DNA of 34,218 bases from Bdellovibrionota bacterium (GCA_044351785.1 JBILFC010000001.1:1-34218), one strand, 5' to 3'. Positions 10,701-17,421 are shown, counted from the stretch's first letter. Numbers and translations: made by a program. The notes: generated by a model from the sequence alone, not told the origin.

Positions 10701-11027
10701 CCTTGTGTTCAATCTGGCGCTTACAACTTATATCTAAATATGCAAAACTGGTTACTAGTTGCAAATACTACTAATGACACTATAAAAGCCGTGGTAAAAT
10801 TCACTGGACCTAATCTAGCTAGCCAGAAGTCCCTAACCCTCGCTCCTAGGGCATCTGTTTACCTACCAATTCATGGCAATACGGAAATTGGTGCTAAAGC
10901 AGATACTTATGGACTCATCGCGGTATATCCCGAGGATTCTTCTCTAAGATTATTCTCCGAAGTTATGAGACTTAAGTATAAGGCTGATGGTTCACCTGAC
11001 TTCTCAATGCCAGTCCCAGTTAGATAA
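1743..11027 (+). CDS. Giant (3,094 aa) secreted mosaic surface protein with an M64-like domain carrying HQVGH, Ig-like domain, 15 cadherin-like repeats and a composite C-terminal region
   Basis: Single uninterrupted ORF starting 15 nt after the S8 stop. N-terminal signal peptide (LILLLSLMTINSFNAVA/ED). M64 signature RVDLVFLGDGYT ... LVNSSSDGG ... AHQVGHSFANLADEYD. Ig-like segment KYQWFKNGVKIDGATQTSY...YYVEVSNVQG (~3015-3260). Repeats carry [ST]D[PA][DN]xDxL motifs (3261-8803). C-terminal modules occupy 8804-11024. Confidence 0.9.
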   Translation: MPSCIRLISTRLILLLSLMTINSFNAVAEDQEVTLFSRTLKNGELRGESALLEKPEKTAGILSNLITNTKVIKDNGPSSNRVDLVFLGDGYTTGDSSKFDSQVVSISDGLFQQMPLSEYKNYFNLHQVFSPSVQSGIDNDGQLGIDKNTVLNGKFYCQDVKENICVDVSIAWELAAQARDFDQISVLVNSSSDGGTAYPFSDISVVPGGNGLVASNLAHQVGHSFANLADEYDNGSWPTYTGFEPAEPNVSAQNTEAMLTQKLKWHQWLSIDSGANFGGIINTYEGAMGHKYSIYRPTENSKMRNLNAPFNNPSIESFIKEIYKKVKPIDNATSVETPLTGSSVISVTPLQPIGRNLTIQWYVDNTPIAGANAKTFRPNDYPISDGMHAISVEVSDDTPLLKDEAFRTQYMKEKRTWNVPIDQNAPIITKHPASVSVFIGATTNLSVTAIGEDLKYQWFKNGVKIDGATQTSYLTPGAIREKADYYVEVSNVQGTLRSNTATVSIKNRLPAYSGSTSLTLSRLEEKEIAFEINDEDGDSLSSVYTIEAATNTGVTVSLASKSLKIKASSAYLGQFSIKLNFTDSYDTISIPISVNVVNNAPVIDAINDLTRLWTTDKASVEILASDNDSMDTVSLSANLATGFSAPVSLSMNGKVLNIDPQAGYYGKFNVTVRATDGFTNTFRTFSVNWANDSPVIDQVAPIRSHYKVDKIIVPINATDPNGDTLQLSASILPINNLVTASLSGKTLTIDPSPTYRGASTLRVTASDSALSSVMNTSLEIYNNAPVIAPISATNVNQNKKSVSIPVSISDPDPEDSATLTSSVRLLTSGASGVQVKLENNNLIVESSQNFSVPLLVEVKATDGDLTAVRNVYLSVLNTAPLLTNIDEQFIHPIKEDIRTIDLIATDIDNDSITYTAEVVKPNAKAPTLSVSGNKLSINTINDFLGSFTIRVIASDGLSEVAKTFKVTTYNTDPELNAICDRSAPATKFPIEIPLIASDPDKEDLTFEGKIERNSLPFLLKAKYNFDAIRFRPSNGLGLGEKYVSGYETDPDIKFWYYILPNGDLYRLNKTHKESQFLLKLPAGYYENPDILINGDISGTILNAFSISFEGSKLKVALSRAVQGSVQIRVRAKDYFSFNEKSFILTVTEGRLKLDDVPDMNIHWKEEPRSGSLIAKDPVTGLTPDDMSYDVAEFDGSLAKSLDDQYNFHVSRNDQYDAQIPPDNFTNRGEKYIRAYKISYLNNVPSYAGIDVFAILPNGDLYLSPPKAQNTQYYSLENATLIAELDKVYYRDTSLLINAASGAGTNLIINGDNTSFTVEQTPGFLGKVILEARAWKGIASDSKTFIVNIYDNEPTLNVPLNCDEFGCKLIRNWKTNEIRLPITLSDVDPLDSVTSKAFETDPSLNPANSASEYSLKWNHKNGQFDRDGWREIHFAGTYQNSETDIALTTDGKLYKWNGNPQNSILLTQVPSSFHELGYTLDSSVNTSKPSLLNHPEVRVEGSELVITPKANTVINSGIIGWASDGMKRGFLKFPVFIINQQPQIGAIADKTVHWRDNLITENILVSDPDGDTVSNLNLTINPISIDPAIDYNLTNLVLTLKSKFGYLGTYSSTIFVTDQGNLSSARSFNTTVFNTAPVLESIGNKDIDWNMNTLEIPFTMSDADANDSDKLISMVFNGSASDFTDFLVNKHKFTKTGAGATNSLGLSEVHFKGTVENQSREFIVLPSEAIYLVSGTNLEIKGFLAPGTYSNPNRLLSIVNPNFAPKHSVSTDGTKIILSKSSGLTEPIIVTAWATDTIQATSETFTVNIIDNAPVLPELATSYERHWRPGLLELPNFPSIDEEGETINYQVTSSPAGLQHSISSSILSVKPTNANQIGNYTVNIVATSGSKSSSKSFSYNLTNGAPSIAPLGAQTVVGYKESYSQPFTATDPNSDPLTYTTSLVGPSPSNFLVAVAGSTIKVSPKTPLAGTYTINLKASDGPSSADASTQIIFQNRAPTFNVPSAMDIPWKTKVGSQTLVFSDPDDDTLTLTPTISDPTVATAVISGNKINIDLKKYAPSFIVKIRLSDGANSIDREFPVSVSNLKPTLTGLPPTKDIHWNTNSFTQSFTVADANNDTLTVTSKILNNTVPASVTITNSLATIDVTEKKMGELNLNIKVADDVSSTEGNMKVTFTNTKPKISEIANQIISTGIEKTLELEASDANSDELTLSAIKMSLEEVAFDLDKMFNFEQGETNFGFNKLGNNEKYLRGSDPVRKTPLNFVIYPNGRLYIWTGILTNSTFLGSIPTELHANPTLLINAIAPNASNISYTASITGSTLKLKAINDFEGTFWIRAAATDTQELAPMYFRVNSYKEVTSGGGTDPKECETKETEHDGECSQSGKSMFTAEGRIGDTVTGAGNRTFELDIGKSTSGPFASGQTSNHIWVSGKKESFSITFDPINKVCNFVLGGKTVVYKITEDVFSLSDILIRTRRGNTQSSMKIDSLKINGKTISNSVYADGNSNQVRTLQIRSVKELKDKFTLEGAATMIFSSDVKNSELAFQISFTKSDNAPETCEDSDEDDHDDDDSDHDDEDDNDDDDSNSRKVKICHYPPGNTSNPQTITVSKSSLSAHLAHGDVIGECPGDPQDPGTGEISCEAKQLFASPNYTLWNSFLNMINILELTNSTANPIPVKISFFSILGELAHERTIVVPATNQFDVIINDFPGFVKDSYGVVKLEFTGNLDGRMSFYRPTTGLTSYDYAYSIPLADANFGTTAISFNTFQPSQKPSELNNLVANWLSIVNLDSATQKYSVFTYDMSGKLILRRELEIPSFGRADVDGGHGLAGPNVVGYHKVIPYNVTAEYIAQITRFGGNAAAGFAPSAYKFAFPLSAKLGASDPIYVPISNKFGESNWIEVVNILDQTVQAAINYYSIDGRLLESADAYIPGNAQIHFNASAQLASGETGYAVVVPSTPYSIVAQSMGYLREQATGSVTSVYGSQARRAVPCVQSGAYNLYLNMQNWLLVANTTNDTIKAVVKFTGPNLASQKSLTLAPRASVYLPIHGNTEIGAKADTYGLIAVYPEDSSLRLFSEVMRLKYKADGSPDFSMPVPVR
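3261..8803 (+). repeat. Array of 15 diverged ~90-aa cadherin-like/Ig-like repeats inside the giant CDS; five carry a roughly 75-100 aa insert
   Basis: Recurrent unit boundaries N[NTD]APV[IL]. Acidic motifs SDNDSMD, TDPNGDTL, SDPDPEDS, TDIDNDSI, SDPDKEDL, SDPDGDTV, SDADANDS, TDPNSDPL, SDPDDDTL, ADANNDTL, SDANSDEL. Each unit closes with ...G.F.i.v.a.Dg. The repeats are conserved at protein level only, with no long identical DNA blocks seen. Confidence 0.8.
9411..9485 (+). repeat. GAT/GAC/GAA-rich low-complexity tract encoding EDSDEDDHDDDDSDHDDEDDNDDDD
   Basis: Read codon by codon from 9411: 25 consecutive codons, of which 21 encode D or E, interspersed with H, S and N. Confidence 0.9.
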
Positions 11028-11107
11028 AAATTTGATTAAACTTCATAAATCTGAGCATTATTAAAGAGTGGTTTTTTCTCGGGTTGCGCTTATAAAGGAG
11101 GAATACC

Positions 11108-11728
11108 GTGATATATGTTGTATTGCTCTCTCTATGCTTTGTTGCCGCGCTCGTTTACTGCCTATTAACAAAAGGGAATTGTGACGATATTGCGGGGGAG
11201 TTTGTAATCTCGGTACAAAGTAATTCGAGTTCAACAACGCCCGACCTGGAGGAGCAGACGTGGAAATGGTTTGAAAAATTTATGATACTAGGACGTGCTC
11301 AGTACGCACTAGGTCAAGTAGTGGATGTAAACTTCTTCTTTCACCTGCTTGAACATAAGAAAAGAATAGTCGTAACAAAAGTTTTTAATTATCCATCCGC
11401 AGGAGACAAGGATAGCGACTTACTTAGTTTAATCAGGATTGAAGAACGTTTCGGTGATTATCCTCAACATGAGATTACTCACCTCAGTATCGCTAGCACA
11501 GCTGGAGAAATTGAAATAGAAACCACTCTACCTATCTTGATTTCGTTTGTGCAAAGAGTTCTATCCACCTATCAGGGCGAAATGGTAGTTCGAACGCAAC
11601 TACTAAATCACTTGCCGGTAGAAGTACAGCAATTTTTCATTCAAACCTTCATTCACTGCGGCTTCCAATCGAGCTTAGTGGGGTTATCATGCATTTGCGA
11701 TGGATCGAAGTCTACTCACGCGCAATAG
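11108..11728 (+). CDS. Hypothetical membrane-anchored protein (206 aa), GTG start
   Basis: A strong Shine-Dalgarno AAAGGAGG lies 6 nt upstream of the GTG at 11108. N-terminal hydrophobic helix IYVVLLSLCFVAALVYCLL. Local GC is ~43% against ~36% in the neighbouring repeat region. A hairpin terminator follows. No family recognised. Confidence 0.55.
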   Translation: MIYVVLLSLCFVAALVYCLLTKGNCDDIAGEFVISVQSNSSSTTPDLEEQTWKWFEKFMILGRAQYALGQVVDVNFFFHLLEHKKRIVVTKVFNYPSAGDKDSDLLSLIRIEERFGDYPQHEITHLSIASTAGEIEIETTLPILISFVQRVLSTYQGEMVVRTQLLNHLPVEVQQFFIQTFIHCGFQSSLVGLSCICDGSKSTHAQ

Positions 11729-11747
11729 CATTTAGGGATTACACATT

Positions 11748-11777
11748 GCCGGAGGCTTGCTTCCGGCTTTATTATTT
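11748..11777. terminator. Stem-loop between convergent genes, T-rich on the + strand
   Basis: GCCGGAGG-CTTG-CTTCCGGC (8 bp including one G-U pair, tetraloop) followed by TTTATTATTT. It overlaps the stop codon of the minus-strand gene at 11772. Confidence 0.5.
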
Positions 11778-12662
11778 ATACTTAGAGATCAGCTTTAAAG
11801 CTTCATTATTTAGATCCTTTTCAGACCATCTCATTTCCTCTGATATAGCTGGAACTAATAAGCCTCCTGTCTTGGGTATTCTACTATATAACCGCATAAC
11901 TCCACCTAATCCATACTTCTCTTCAATTGCTGAAAAATATAAAGAGGCCCTAGAGTAATCTTCACCTGATCCACTAAAAGTAAAAACTGTGGGTTGCCTC
12001 TTAAAACTATACTCCGCCGCCATTGCATTTCTTTTCTTTAACTCTCTCGGATTTAAATAACTTGAAAATCCTGCAGCATAAGTCTCGAACCAAGTAGCAA
12101 ATCCTTCCGCCCTCATCCTATCCCCGCCGAATGCATTACCCAATAAAATAAACTCAACCGCATGACCAAGTTCATGCACTAATACCTCAGTTAAATCAGC
12201 ATCTGCTACTTGTGCAGACTTTTTCACTCCACCACAACCTCCAGCAATACGATCTCCTACGATATAAATGTTAGCTGGAGGCGTCATCCATCCAGGATGG
12301 CAATTGGAAATTAACTGCATAGGAATTTCTCCAGCTCTCAATTCCCCACCGATAAAAATCACTTCCCACTTTTGATTAATTAACTGAAGTTGCTTTGGAA
12401 AAGCCGAAGATTTTAACGCTTTACTCACAGTATTAGCAGCATCTACCATCGCCCTACTAGGAGTTCTACCAAATTGCGCCTCTAGTGAACGAGGCCATCT
12501 TAAATTGACAGTGCCAATAGGTGAATTCAGAACTTCACTTCGGACAGATCCCTTTAAAGTAATATCTTCTGGCCTAGCAAGATTATCTGAATTTTGTGCT
12601 TGCACAATGAAAGGCGAGCTAAAATATAAGATAGAAAGAGCAAGTAAGATTATTTTTTTCAT
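11772..12662 (-). CDS. Secreted HExxH zinc-metalloprotease-like protein (296 aa)
   Basis: Signal peptide MKKIILLALSILYFSSPFIVQAQ. The motif VLVHELGHAVEF is followed by RAEGFATWFE, a possible third-ligand Glu (gluzincin-like). Family not assigned. Confidence 0.7.
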   Translation of the reverse strand: MKKIILLALSILYFSSPFIVQAQNSDNLARPEDITLKGSVRSEVLNSPIGTVNLRWPRSLEAQFGRTPSRAMVDAANTVSKALKSSAFPKQLQLINQKWEVIFIGGELRAGEIPMQLISNCHPGWMTPPANIYIVGDRIAGGCGGVKKSAQVADADLTEVLVHELGHAVEFILLGNAFGGDRMRAEGFATWFETYAAGFSSYLNPRELKKRNAMAAEYSFKRQPTVFTFSGSGEDYSRASLYFSAIEEKYGLGGVMRLYSRIPKTGGLLVPAISEEMRWSEKDLNNEALKLISKYK

Positions 12663-12776
12663 ATCTCTAAAATAAATGTTCCGTAATTATAGACTAATAG
12701 ATCGACTTTCAAGAATCATTACTTTAAATTAGATGAAGATTCCCGAAAGCTAATTTTTATAAGATACTATGGGACT

Positions 12777-13223
12777 ATGAATTTCAGAAATCTCTTTATT
12801 ATTATTACATACTTACTGTGCTCTGCTTGCAGTGTCTCTTCAAGTGGTAAAAGTAACACACTAAAAGCATCAGATACTTGGAGAACCGACAAACCACCGT
12901 CCATTAAAGAAATTTCTCGTGCCGTAGAAGATAATAATATCGATGAAAAACTAAGCGGGATGAAAGAGTGGTGGTTGTACGGACCAGGGATGGGAAAAAC
13001 AATGCTAAACATGGGAACCACTTTAATTTTCCCCCCATATGGACTTTATCTCTTAACAAATGCGGGGCTCAGTTTTATGGGCCTCCAACCGATAAAACCT
13101 ATCGAAGCAATTCCTGAAGGTCCTAAAGAAGTTATCGATGAAGCATTCGATGACATAATCTCAGTTCCGGGAAGGATTACTGCACTAGCAAATGACAAAC
13201 AATATATTCGTGAACTAAAATAA
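12777..13223 (+). CDS. Hypothetical small lipoprotein/membrane protein (148 aa)
   Basis: N-terminal hydrophobic segment ending LLCSAC (lipobox-like) and an internal hydrophobic stretch. Only an 8-nt gap separates it from thrA, so co-transcription is likely. Confidence 0.55.
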   Translation: MNFRNLFIIITYLLCSACSVSSSGKSNTLKASDTWRTDKPPSIKEISRAVEDNNIDEKLSGMKEWWLYGPGMGKTMLNMGTTLIFPPYGLYLLTNAGLSFMGLQPIKPIEAIPEGPKEVIDEAFDDIISVPGRITALANDKQYIRELK

Positions 13224-13231
13224 ATTTTATA

Positions 13232-15679
13232 ATGAAAGTAATCAAGTTTGGTGGCTCTTCCATATCTTCAGCGGAGAATATCACAAAGGTCATAAAGATC
13301 ATTGAATCTGATCTAAGAAAAGGAAGATGTACACTAATCTTCTCAGCCTTTCAAGGCATCACTAACTCACTCTTTAAAGCTGCGGATTTAGCAAAGTCTC
13401 AGAACCAAGAATATTTAAAAGTCATAAAAGACTTAGAAGAAAGACACATCTTAGTCGCAAAAACTCTAATCCCAGAAAAGAATGTAGGAATTACACTTAA
13501 CTTCATAAATGAAAGGTTAAAAGAACTCTATGACATCCACCACGGAGTATTTCTTGTAAAAGAATGTACGCCGAAAATAATGGACTACATAGCTAGTTTC
13601 GGTGAACGACTTTCGACCTATATCATCTCAGAGGTTATTAAAGCAGAAGGTTATGAAGTAAACTACCTAGACGCTAGAGAAGTTATAAAAACAAATAATG
13701 CTTTTGGCAGTGCTCAAGTAGACTTCGCAACAACAAATACTCTTATTACATCCTATTTTAAAAATAATAACGGCATTAAAGTAGCAACAGGATATATTGC
13801 AAGCACTAAAGATGGCGAGACTACGACTCTTGGTAGAAATGGATCAGATTATTCTGGAGCTATTTTCGCAGGTGCATTAAATGCTGAAAGTCTTGAAATC
13901 TGGACTGACACCTCCGGCATCATGACCGCAGATCCAAGGCTCGTATATAAAGCTTTTACTATTCCGCAGCTCACATACAATGAGGCGATGGAGCTATCTC
14001 ACTTCGGGGCCAAGGTACTATTCCCAGCGAGCATGCAACCCGTAATGAAGCAGGGTATTCCGGTTTATATAAAAAACACCTTTGCCCCAGAGCATACAGG
14101 TTCATTGGTAAGTAATAAATCACAAAGCCCTGGATTAATTAAAGGTATATCTTCGCTTACTGATATCTGTTTAATTAACATTCAGGGTACTGCACTCATG
14201 GAAGTTGTTGGCATGAGCAGGAGATTCTTTGGAGCGCTCGCTGATAGTCAAGTAAATATAATTCTAATCAGTCAGGCTTCTTCAGAACACAGTATTTGCG
14301 TTGCAATATCGGGTAAAGACTCAGAGCGTGCAGTTAAGGCCATTGAAATAGAATTTGCAAATGAGATCTCAGCTGGTTCTATGGACCCAGTAATGGTTAA
14401 ACAAAATATGGCTGTTGTTTCCATAGTTGGGGAGAACATGCGTCAGCATCCAGGCTCTAGTGGAAGAATGTTCCAAGCACTAGGAAGAAATAATGTAAAT
14501 GTTTTTGCTATTGCTCAAGGTAGCTCCGAATTAAATATTTCAGCTGTAGTTTCCAATGACGATCATCAAAAAGCCCTTAATGCTTTACATGAGGCTTTTT
14601 TCCTCTCTGAATTTAAAGTACTACACATGTTTCTGATTGGTAAAGGCTTAATAGGTTCAGCTCTTCTAAAGATGATTGGCGAACAATTAAACAAGCTAAA
14701 AGCAGAACAAAACCTTGAAATTCAAATTCATGGCATCGCAAACTCCAGATTTATGTTGTTTAACGAAGATGGCTTTAACCTAAATGATGATTTAACTTTA
14801 GATAGTTCCGCTGAACAATATCAATTAAATAAATTTCTTAGAAGAATGTTTGAAATGAACTTTTCAAACTCCGTACTAGTTGATTGTACTTCAAGTGAGG
14901 AAGTCGCTGAATCTTATGAGTCCATACTAGAAGCTAACATTTCTATTGTTACTCCTAATAAAAAGGCTAATTCTGGCTCATATGAAAGGTTTGAAAAATT
15001 ACATAATATCGCCTTAAAACGAGGCTGTAGATTCCTATACGAAACGAATGTCGCAGCAGGACTTCCTGTTATTAGCACTCTTCAAGATTTAGTCTTAAGT
15101 GGAGATAAAATTAGAAAAATTGAAGGGGTCTTAAGTGGTTCTGTAAATTTTATCTTTTCTAATTTTGAAAACGGAAAACTATTTAGTGATATCGTAAAGC
15201 AAGCGAAAGAAAAGGGATATACAGAGCCTGACCCTAGAGATGATCTAAGTGGCATGGATGTAGCTAGGAAAATTTTAATCCTAGCTAGAGTAGCTGGGGT
15301 AAAACTTCACTTGGAGGACATTTCTATTAATAGCCTTGTACCGAAAGAAGCTGAAAGCGCATCTACTTATAAGGAATTCATGAGCATACTTTCAGCCCAT
15401 GATAACTCTTTTACCTCACTTTTAGCAGACGCTAGTAGTAAGAATGAAAAACTTAGATTTGTAGCTAGTCTTGAAAATGGCCATGCTAATGTTAAGCTAA
15501 AAACCGTAGACTCCGCACATCCTTTCTATTCATTAAAGGGCAGTGACAATATGATTTTATTCACGACAGAAAGATATAGCGAGTTTCCAATGGTAATTCG
15601 AGGTCCTGGGGCTGGGGCAGAAGTAACCGCTGCGGGAGTATTTGCAGATATTATAAGAGTGGGAAATTATCTAAGATAG
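13232..15679 (+). CDS. thrA: Bifunctional aspartokinase / homoserine dehydrogenase
   Basis: N-terminus MKVIKFGGSS with the kinase motifs TLGRNGSDYSGA and DPR. ACT-type regulatory region (VSIVGENM..., NISAVV). C-terminal homoserine dehydrogenase motifs (LIGKGLIGSALL, YETNVAAGLPVI, GVLSGSVNFIF, EPDPRDDLSGMDVARK). Confidence 0.95.
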   Translation: MKVIKFGGSSISSAENITKVIKIIESDLRKGRCTLIFSAFQGITNSLFKAADLAKSQNQEYLKVIKDLEERHILVAKTLIPEKNVGITLNFINERLKELYDIHHGVFLVKECTPKIMDYIASFGERLSTYIISEVIKAEGYEVNYLDAREVIKTNNAFGSAQVDFATTNTLITSYFKNNNGIKVATGYIASTKDGETTTLGRNGSDYSGAIFAGALNAESLEIWTDTSGIMTADPRLVYKAFTIPQLTYNEAMELSHFGAKVLFPASMQPVMKQGIPVYIKNTFAPEHTGSLVSNKSQSPGLIKGISSLTDICLINIQGTALMEVVGMSRRFFGALADSQVNIILISQASSEHSICVAISGKDSERAVKAIEIEFANEISAGSMDPVMVKQNMAVVSIVGENMRQHPGSSGRMFQALGRNNVNVFAIAQGSSELNISAVVSNDDHQKALNALHEAFFLSEFKVLHMFLIGKGLIGSALLKMIGEQLNKLKAEQNLEIQIHGIANSRFMLFNEDGFNLNDDLTLDSSAEQYQLNKFLRRMFEMNFSNSVLVDCTSSEEVAESYESILEANISIVTPNKKANSGSYERFEKLHNIALKRGCRFLYETNVAAGLPVISTLQDLVLSGDKIRKIEGVLSGSVNFIFSNFENGKLFSDIVKQAKEKGYTEPDPRDDLSGMDVARKILILARVAGVKLHLEDISINSLVPKEAESASTYKEFMSILSAHDNSFTSLLADASSKNEKLRFVASLENGHANVKLKTVDSAHPFYSLKGSDNMILFTTERYSEFPMVIRGPGAGAEVTAAGVFADIIRVGNYLR

Positions 15680-16249
15680 TTGAGAAGGAATAGCTTCAAA
15701 CATTAAAAATGCTACTCTAACTTCCTGAGACCTTTTATCTGGGTGAATTTTACTAAAAATACTCTTGGCCTCTTCCCTTTTATCCTCAGCCAAATAAGAT
15801 GACCCTATTAACTCCAACCTAAGTATCTCTAGGTAACTTTTGGCACTAGAATCTGGCTTACTTAACAAATCTTCAAAGTTTTGCTGATTAATTTTTTCAT
15901 ACTGTTTTCTAAGAAAGTCTAAACTTAGACTCAACGTATTGATTGCTGATTGATCATAGGATAACACTCTCAAAGCTTCTATTGAGATCTCTAATACACC
16001 CAAATAGTAAGCATCTTTGGTATCTAGATAAGACTCGTAAGCTAATAAACCTAAAATGAAATGAGCTTTACCCCAAGCTGGCCTTAGCTTCAAAAGCAAC
16101 CTTATGTTTTTAGTAATAGAGGCAGAATTCTTTAGTTTGTCTTGTAAGTTCAAAGTTCTTCTAAATTCACTAGATGAGATATATAGCTTTAAAAGAGCGA
16201 TATAAAATTTCAAATTAGATCTAATTAATTTATTTAGATATCTATACAT
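15671..16249 (-). CDS. Hypothetical helical (TPR-like) protein (192 aa)
   Basis: ORF with helical-repeat-like composition. Its start overlaps the hpt stop by 8 nt (operon-like), and its 3' end overlaps the convergent thrA stop by 9 nt. No specific family recognised. Confidence 0.5.
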   Translation of the reverse strand: MYRYLNKLIRSNLKFYIALLKLYISSSEFRRTLNLQDKLKNSASITKNIRLLLKLRPAWGKAHFILGLLAYESYLDTKDAYYLGVLEISIEALRVLSYDQSAINTLSLSLDFLRKQYEKINQQNFEDLLSKPDSSAKSYLEILRLELIGSSYLAEDKREEAKSIFSKIHPDKRSQEVRVAFLMFEAIPSQLS

Positions 16250-16808
16250 CAGATCGAACTATCTCATATACGGCAGGGACATTTCGAAACTGATCTTTAT
16301 CATCTAAACCGTAACCCACTAACCAATCTTCAGTTAACAACTTAAAACAATAAAAGTCAGGGCAGAAAGTTGATCTAGGTATATCTCTATAAACCAATGA
16401 AGCAGTCTTTACTGTTCTTGCTCCCAGATTAAGACATTCTTTCTTTAACAAAGAAAATAATCTTCCTGATTCGCAGATATCATCAATTATTAAAACAGCT
16501 CTGCCGTTAAGATCCATCGGTAAATGCAATTTAGATAATGCCGCATCTGGTAATTGTTGATTATTAGAAGGGTCGTAAGTGTTATATCGTACGAATTCGA
16601 TATCTAAGCTAGAATTTATAGCCCTAGTCAGATCAGCGAAAAAGAATACCGCACCTCGCAGTACACATAAAGCAATTGGATCATCAGAAGAAATACTTCT
16701 TTCTGCTTCAACCCATGCTTTAACATCTAGGGCAATCTCCCCTATTCTTTTCGCAATCTGGCCTTCATCGAATAAAAGTTTATAGTGAGAAGGAAGCTGA
16801 AATGACAT
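16242..16808 (-). CDS. hpt: Hypoxanthine(-guanine) phosphoribosyltransferase
   Basis: Collinear with HPRTs: LRGAVFFFADLTRAI, PRPP-binding VLIIDDICESGRLF, C-terminal WLVGYGLDDKDQFRNVP. Confidence 0.85.
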   Translation of the reverse strand: MSFQLPSHYKLLFDEGQIAKRIGEIALDVKAWVEAERSISSDDPIALCVLRGAVFFFADLTRAINSSLDIEFVRYNTYDPSNNQQLPDAALSKLHLPMDLNGRAVLIIDDICESGRLFSLLKKECLNLGARTVKTASLVYRDIPRSTFCPDFYCFKLLTEDWLVGYGLDDKDQFRNVPAVYEIVRSDV

Positions 16809-16822
16809 TTTTTAATTGAAGA

Positions 16823-17122
16823 CTATAGTGAGTCTAGAGCATTCTTAAGGCTACCATTTGCTCTCACGTCAGATCTCTCTGAACGAATTCCGAAGCTAGC
16901 ATTTCTATTGTCTCTATATTTATCATAATCTAGAAGTTTTACGCCGGCGATATTAACTTCTCCATTACTTTGATACATCCAGTTATCAATTCTAGCTAAA
17001 GTAGAAACAAATAAAGGGCCAAGAACTAAGACTGACGCAAACCAAAATACAGCCCAGCTCTGTGTCTTAGACCATGAACTGCATTCATTCTTCTCTAAAG
17101 TATTGTGGGATGAGTGCGACAT
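16823..17122 (-). CDS. Hypothetical single-pass membrane protein (99 aa)
   Basis: ORF with one hydrophobic helix (WAVFWFASVLVLGPLFVSTL), on the same strand as hpt and 14 nt from it. Confidence 0.45.
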   Translation of the reverse strand: MSHSSHNTLEKNECSSWSKTQSWAVFWFASVLVLGPLFVSTLARIDNWMYQSNGEVNIAGVKLLDYDKYRDNRNASFGIRSERSDVRANGSLKNALDSL

Positions 17123-17196
17123 AAAAACTCTTAAAATTTATAACTTGTAATAATTCTCAGTAGTTTTTATACAATTAAAGCCTAGTAAGCAATCTA

Positions 17197-17421
17197 CTAA
17201 TGGGAAGTCTGCACCCAATCAAAGTTAGCAATATCTGGGAAATGCTCTTTTAACTCCAAGAGGAGCTTATCTCTTCGGGCCAACTTATTATCGAGTAATT
17301 CTGTCAAGACTTCATCCTCATCCGCCCAACGACTCCACAGTAACTGAAGAGCAGCAGTTTCCACCAAAGCCTTTAAAAAGAACTCCATCTTTCTTTCATC
17401 AGTATTTACCTTAGATGCCAT
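17197..17421 (-). CDS. Hypothetical small acidic protein (74 aa)
   Basis: ORF only; no recognisable motif. Confidence 0.4.
   Translation of the reverse strand: MASKVNTDERKMEFFLKALVETAALQLLWSRWADEDEVLTELLDNKLARRDKLLLELKEHFPDIANFDWVQTSH

Noticed and set aside
9640-11728. Polymorphic-toxin logic: variable C-terminal head of the giant protein plus a downstream GC-shifted immunity gene
   Set aside because: The C-terminal 470 aa are four beta-rich repeats without any nuclease, deaminase or pore-former motif I recognise, and no pre-toxin demarcation motif is visible. It is kept only as a remark under the 11028-11777 finding.
11689-11958. 89-aa + strand ORF spanning the terminator hairpin and the 3' end of the HExxH protease gene
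   Set aside because: It runs through a strong hairpin/T-run and is antisense to a gene with a signal peptide and HELGH motif. No motif was found.
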